DNA of 64,000 bases. Origin: Burkholderiales bacterium (GTDB taxonomy: Bacteria > Pseudomonadota > Gammaproteobacteria > Burkholderiales > JACQAP01). Numbering within the stretch: the stretch's first letter is position 1; each line of letters begins with the position of its first letter. Positions 60,015-64,000 of the stretch are shown here, one piece after another. The DNA is taken from assembly GCA_035549715.1 (NCBI GenBank), contig DASZQJ010000096.1, positions 5,006-69,005 of the forward strand, read 5' to 3'. Below the pieces are notes generated by a model, which searched no databases, was not told the DNA's origin, and saw only the letters and a list, made by a program, of their open reading frames with translations. A program made the position numbers and the translations under genes.

Positions 60015-60581
60015 TTGCCGGTGACGATCGTCCTGTTCAACAAACCCTACGGCGTGCTTTGCCAGTTCAGCCCCCAGGAGGGCAAGGCCACGCTCAAGGA
60101 CTACGTTCCCGTGCCAGGGGTGTATCCCGCCGGCCGGCTGGACAGCGACAGCGAAGGCCTGGTCGTCCTGACGGACGATGGCGCCCTCCAGCACGCCATC
60201 AGCCATCCGGACCGCAAGCTGCCGAAGGTCTATTGGGTCCAGGTCGACGGCCTGCCCGGCGAGGATGCCTTGGCGCAACTGCGCGCCGGAGTCCCCCTGG
60301 ACGGCACGACGACCCGACCGTGCCTGGCCCGCGCCATCCCGGAACCGGACCTTTGGCCACGCAGCCCGCCGGTGCGCTACCGCAAGACAATCCCTACCGC
60401 GTGGCTCGAAATCGAACTCCGGGAGGGACGCAACCGGCAGATCCGCCGCATGACGGCGGCGGTCGGCCACCCCACGTTGCGCCTCGTGCGCACCCGGATC
60501 GGCGACTGGACGCTGCAAGGGCTGGCGCCCGGTCAGTTCCGCCTGGTCGAGCCTCCCGGACCGGACGGGAGCCGACTGTAA
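60015..60581 (+). CDS. rluE: 23S rRNA pseudouridine synthase E-like (RluE/RsuA family)
   Basis: 188 aa. LFNKPYGVLCQF and the catalytic GRLDSDSEGLVVLTDDG. Start is TTG at 60015 or GTG at 60021. Confidence 0.85.
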   Translation: MPVTIVLFNKPYGVLCQFSPQEGKATLKDYVPVPGVYPAGRLDSDSEGLVVLTDDGALQHAISHPDRKLPKVYWVQVDGLPGEDALAQLRAGVPLDGTTTRPCLARAIPEPDLWPRSPPVRYRKTIPTAWLEIELREGRNRQIRRMTAAVGHPTLRLVRTRIGDWTLQGLAPGQFRLVEPPGPDGSRL

Positions 60582-60670
60582 CAGTTTGTGTCAACCTCGC
60601 CATGCCGGCAGCGTTATCGGCTCGACACGATGTGTGTCACCAACCCCTGAACCATATCCAAGAGGACACC

Positions 60671-60853
60671 ATGAATAAGCTGATCGCTGCCATGATCGCC
60701 GCCCTGTTCGCTTCCGTGACCTTGTCCGCCGTCGCCGCCGACGAAGCCAAGCCGGCCGAGAAGCACGCCAAGGCAAAGAAGCGTCACAAGAAGGAAGAAA
60801 TGAAGAAGGAAGAGGCCAAGAAGCCCGAGCCGGCCGCGCCCGCCAAGCAATAA
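60671..60853 (+). CDS. Small secreted Lys/Glu-rich low-complexity protein
   Basis: 60 aa with AGAGGA Shine-Dalgarno. Signal MNKLIAAMIAALFASVTLSAVAA, then DEAKPAEKHAKAKKRHKKEEMKKEEAKKPEPAAPAKQ. Confidence 0.5.
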   Translation: MNKLIAAMIAALFASVTLSAVAADEAKPAEKHAKAKKRHKKEEMKKEEAKKPEPAAPAKQ

Positions 60854-61015
60854 GCCGGACTTGCGGACAGGGGGAGCAGGATCACCTGCCTCCCCTGGCC
60901 GCCCGCCAGCCACATCGCCGACCGGTTTGACGCTCGGCGGGGAAATCCCTTATTCTTCAGGGCAAATCCGCCTCCCGGACGCGGCGGATTCCAGAAACTC
61001 GAGGAGAACATTCCC

Positions 61016-61207
61016 ATGAAGAAGCTCGCCATCTCCGCCCTTGCCGCGGTCGCCGCCACGTTCGCGATGTCGACGTTGGCCGGCGTGGCCCCGAATACCG
61101 GCTCGTCCGCAGCGCAGCAGTCGGGCGCCAAGATTGCAGCCCCCGCCAAGCCCGCCGCCGAAGAGAAAAAGGAACACCAGGAAGACACCAAGGAACAGGC
61201 CAGGTAA
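61016..61207 (+). CDS. Small secreted Ala/Lys/Glu-rich low-complexity protein
   Basis: 63 aa with GAGGAG Shine-Dalgarno. Signal MKKLAISALAAVAATFAMSTLAG, then a charged tail. Followed by a strong terminator. Confidence 0.5.
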   Translation: MKKLAISALAAVAATFAMSTLAGVAPNTGSSAAQQSGAKIAAPAKPAAEEKKEHQEDTKEQAR

Positions 61208-61232
61208 GCCGGCCTTCCCGCCAGCCACGAAA

Positions 61233-61264
61233 GGCAGGGCCGTTGCCCTGCCTTTTTTGTTTTT
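61233..61264 (+). terminator. Rho-independent terminator
   Basis: GGCAGGGC cgtt GCCCTGCC followed by TTTTTTGTTTTT. Confidence 0.85.
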
Positions 61265-61282
61265 CGCCACCACATTGCGCTC

Positions 61283-61915
61283 ATGAACGAGTGGGCCGAC
61301 CTTTTCAAGCTGACCGTCGCACTGCTGGCCATCGTCGATCCGATCGCCGGCATTCCCGTTTTCATCAGCGCCACCGCGACCGACAACCGGGCCGCGCGGG
61401 GGCGCACCGCGCGGCTGGTCGCCCTCACCGTCTTCTGCGTCCTCGCCGTGTCCGCCCTGATCGGCACGGAGATCCTGCGCTTTTTCGGCATCAGCATTCC
61501 TTCGTTCCTGATCAGCGGCGGCATCCTGTTGCTGATGCTGGCCGTCTCCATGCTCCAGGCGCAGGAAAGCCGCATCCGGCAGACGCCGGATGAGGCCGTG
61601 GAGGCCGCCGAGAAGGATGCGGTGGCCGTGGTGCCGCTGGGAATCCCGCTGCTCGCGGGGCCGGGGGCAATCAGCACGATGATCATCGCCACCCACCAGT
61701 CACCCGGCTTTGCCCACCACCTGGCGCTCCTGATCCCCGCGGCGCTGATCGCACTGGCGGTGTGGGCGACCCTGGCGGCGGCGACCCGCATTTCGGAGCG
61801 CCTCGGCAGGACGGGCATGAACATCATCACCCGGGTCATGGGGCTCATCATCGCCGCCATCGCCATCGAGTACATCTACCGGGGCCTGGCCGAGTTGTTC
61901 CCGAAACTGGTGTGA
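61283..61915 (+). CDS. MarC family (UPF0056) integral membrane protein
   Basis: 210 aa. LLAIVDPIAGIPVFIS and VPLGIPLLAGPGAIST are MarC family motifs. Confidence 0.85.
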   Translation: MNEWADLFKLTVALLAIVDPIAGIPVFISATATDNRAARGRTARLVALTVFCVLAVSALIGTEILRFFGISIPSFLISGGILLLMLAVSMLQAQESRIRQTPDEAVEAAEKDAVAVVPLGIPLLAGPGAISTMIIATHQSPGFAHHLALLIPAALIALAVWATLAAATRISERLGRTGMNIITRVMGLIIAAIAIEYIYRGLAELFPKLV

Positions 61916-61925
61916 GGATCGCTGC

Positions 61926-62372
61926 GTGACCTGGAAGCCCCACGTGACCGTCGCCGCGCTCGTCGAAAAGGACGGCCGCTACCTGCTCGTCGAGGAGCAG
62001 ACCGACGAGGGCCTCAGGTTCAACCAGCCCGCCGGCCACCTGGAGCCCGGCGAGTCCCTGGTCGACGGCGCCCGCCGCGAGGCGCTCGAGGAAACGGCCT
62101 ACGAATTCCATCCGACCCACCTGGTCGGCGTCTACAGCTGGCGCCATCCGGCACGCGGGACCACCTACCTGCGATTCGCCTTCGCCGGCACCCTGGGAGC
62201 GCACCACCCGGAACGCGCGCTCGATGCCGGCATCGTGTGTGCCGCCTGGCTCGAGCCCCGGGAAATCCTTGCCACGCGCGACCGGCATCGCAGCCCGCTG
62301 GTGTTGCGGTGCATGGAGGACCACCTGCGGGGTGTGCGCGCCCCCCTCGACCTGCTGGTGCATTACGAATGA
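61926..62372 (+). CDS. NUDIX hydrolase
   Basis: 148 aa, GTG start. Nudix box [24 protein letters not shown]. Confidence 0.8.
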   Translation: MTWKPHVTVAALVEKDGRYLLVEEQTDEGLRFNQPAGHLEPGESLVDGARREALEETAYEFHPTHLVGVYSWRHPARGTTYLRFAFAGTLGAHHPERALDAGIVCAAWLEPREILATRDRHRSPLVLRCMEDHLRGVRAPLDLLVHYE

Positions 62373-63475
62373 GCAGGAAACGCGTGGTGGTCGGAATGTC
62401 GGGCGGCGTGGATTCGTCCGTCGCCGCCTGGTTGCTCAAGGAGCAGGGCTACGAGGTGGTCGGCCTTTTCATGAAGAACTGGGAGGACGATGACGACGAG
62501 GAGTACTGCACCTCGCGCGCGGACCTCATCGACGCCGTCTCCGTCGCCGACCTGATCGGCATCGACATCGAGGCCGTGAATTTTTCCGCCGAGTACAAGG
62601 ACCGCGTTTTCAGCAATTTCCTGTCCGAGTACCGGGCGGGCCGCACGCCGAATCCCGACGTGCTTTGCAACGCGGAGATCAAGTTCAAGTCTTTCCTCGA
62701 CCATGCCATGCAACTTGGCGCCGAGCGCATCGCCACGGGCCACTATGCCCAGGTCGACGAGCGCGACGGCCTGTACCGGCTGCTCAAGGCGGAGGACGGG
62801 ACCAAGGACCAGAGCTATTTCCTGTACCGCCTCAACCAGGCGCAGCTGTCGAAAACCTTGTTTCCCCTGGGCGCCCTGTACAAGCGCGACGTGCGGGCGC
62901 TGGCGAAGAAGCTCGGCTTGCCCAACCACGACAAAAAGGACTCGACGGGAATCTGCTTCATCGGCGAACGGCCGTTTCGCGAGTTCCTCAACCGCTACCT
63001 GCCCACGCAGCCGGGCGACATGGTGCTGCCCGACGGAAAGGTCGTCGGACGCCACATGGGCCTGATGTACTACACGCTCGGCCAGCGACAGGGCCTGGGC
63101 ATCGGCGGCAGCCGGGACGGCGGCGGCGAGCCCTGGTACGTGGCGGGCAAGGACATGTCCGGCAACCGGCTCATCGTAGTCCAGGGCCACGAGCACCCCG
63201 CGCTGCTGTCGAGCGCGCTGGTGGCGACCGATGTGAGCTGGATCGGCGGCACCGACCCGCACTGCCACTGGGTCTATGGCGCCAAGACCCGCTATCGGCA
63301 GAAGGATTCACCGTGCGAGGTCGAGTGGATCGATGCAGGACGTTTCGAGGTCCGATTCGCGGAGCCGCAATGGGCCGTGACGCCGGGGCAGTCGGCGGTC
63401 ATCTACGAATCCCGGGTCTGCCTGGGCGGCGGCATCATCGAGCGCGCCCTTCCGGAACAGCAGGCGGCCCGGTAG
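62369..63475 (+). CDS. mnmA: tRNA 2-thiouridine(34) synthase MnmA
   Basis: ATG overlaps the NUDIX TGA (ATGA). PP-loop [18 protein letters not shown], plus [11 protein letters not shown] and KDQSYFL. Confidence 0.95.
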   Translation: MSRKRVVVGMSGGVDSSVAAWLLKEQGYEVVGLFMKNWEDDDDEEYCTSRADLIDAVSVADLIGIDIEAVNFSAEYKDRVFSNFLSEYRAGRTPNPDVLCNAEIKFKSFLDHAMQLGAERIATGHYAQVDERDGLYRLLKAEDGTKDQSYFLYRLNQAQLSKTLFPLGALYKRDVRALAKKLGLPNHDKKDSTGICFIGERPFREFLNRYLPTQPGDMVLPDGKVVGRHMGLMYYTLGQRQGLGIGGSRDGGGEPWYVAGKDMSGNRLIVVQGHEHPALLSSALVATDVSWIGGTDPHCHWVYGAKTRYRQKDSPCEVEWIDAGRFEVRFAEPQWAVTPGQSAVIYESRVCLGGGIIERALPEQQAAR

Positions 63476-63503
63476 CCGTCGCGGCGCGTCACCGCCGCGA
63501 CGG
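63476..63503 (+). other. Perfect 11-bp GC-rich hairpin directly after the mnmA stop (no U-run)
   Basis: CCGTCGCGGCG cgtcac CGCCGCGACGG. No T-tract follows, so intrinsic termination is uncertain. Confidence 0.5.
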
Positions 63504-63562
63504 ACGGGTGTGGCTCCGAGCCTCGGGGTGCCCGGGGCGCCGCATGATAAAATCCGGTCTGC

Positions 63563-64000
63563 ATGTCGAACGACCTTTCGATGCCTTCGTCCGCCCTCAC
63601 GGCCCTCTCCCCCCTCGACGGCCGCTATCGCGACAAGGTCGCCAGCCTTTCCCCGTACTTCAGCGAGTTCGGCCTGATCCGTTATCGAATCAAGGTCGAG
63701 ATCGAGTGGCTCAAGGCGCTTTGCGGCGCCGGGCTGCCCGACATCCCCGCCCTTGGCGCATCGGCGGCCACCCAGCTCGACCGCCTGGCGGCGGAGTTCT
63801 CGGTGGAGGACGGCATGGCGGTCAAGGCCATCGAGGCGCGCACCAATCACGACGTCAAGGCCATCGAGTACTTCCTGCGGGACAAGCTGGGGGAAAACGC
63901 CGGGGCGGCGGCGGCCACGCGCTTCATCCATTTCGCCTGCACGTCCGAAGACATCAACAACCTCTGCCACGCGCTCATGCTCAGGGAGTCGCGCGAGAGG
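63563..64000 (+). CDS. purB: Adenylosuccinate lyase, 3' end outside window
   Basis: ATG at 63563, with the frame open to the window end. LSPLDGRYRDKV...YRIKVEIEWL...FIHFACTSEDINNL are PurB signatures. Confidence 0.9.
   Translation, partial: MSNDLSMPSSALTALSPLDGRYRDKVASLSPYFSEFGLIRYRIKVEIEWLKALCGAGLPDIPALGASAATQLDRLAAEFSVEDGMAVKAIEARTNHDVKAIEYFLRDKLGENAGAAAATRFIHFACTSEDINNLCHALMLRESRER

Overview
High-GC proteobacterial chromosomal segment. The gene content (nirK, fccAB, glyoxylate shunt, xseB-ispA-dxs-folE2, clpSA) best fits a denitrifying, sulfur-oxidising betaproteobacterium, but that is an inference. About 65 protein-coding genes are densely packed on both strands, several joined by 4-nt ATGA/TTGA stop-start overlaps. 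I found no rRNA, tRNA, CRISPR array, transposase or integrase. Most of the window is ordinary core metabolism: threonine aldolase and dehydratase, oligopeptidase B, dxs/ispA/xseB, ClpS/ClpA, icd, aceA/aceB, rluE, mnmA, purB, and two cold-shock proteins. There is a cytochrome-c-fused NirK and a complete four-gene proteobacterial dedicated sortase system (target, sortase, response regulator, histidine kinase). There is also a marR-emrAB efflux operon, a sugar-acid-type dehydratase cluster and fccAB sulfide dehydrogenase. The less explained parts are as follows. (1) A highly structured ~200-nt element follows folE2 and contains split direct and inverted copies of the gene's own 3' end. (2) A family of heptanucleotide tandem arrays occurs at three loci, two of which form long hairpins bracketing a CDF transporter gene. 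(3) A translationally coupled operon encodes a signal-peptide-bearing acetamidase/formamidase plus two unknown exported proteins. (4) Two tandem paralogous small secreted Cys-pair proteins have no recognisable family. (5) A small membrane-anchored CGHC protein is start-stop coupled to nirK. None of these can be called a new system from sequence alone, and all functional calls rest on motif recognition by eye. Many long ORFs in the six-frame track are GC-driven antisense or off-frame artefacts and were not called.
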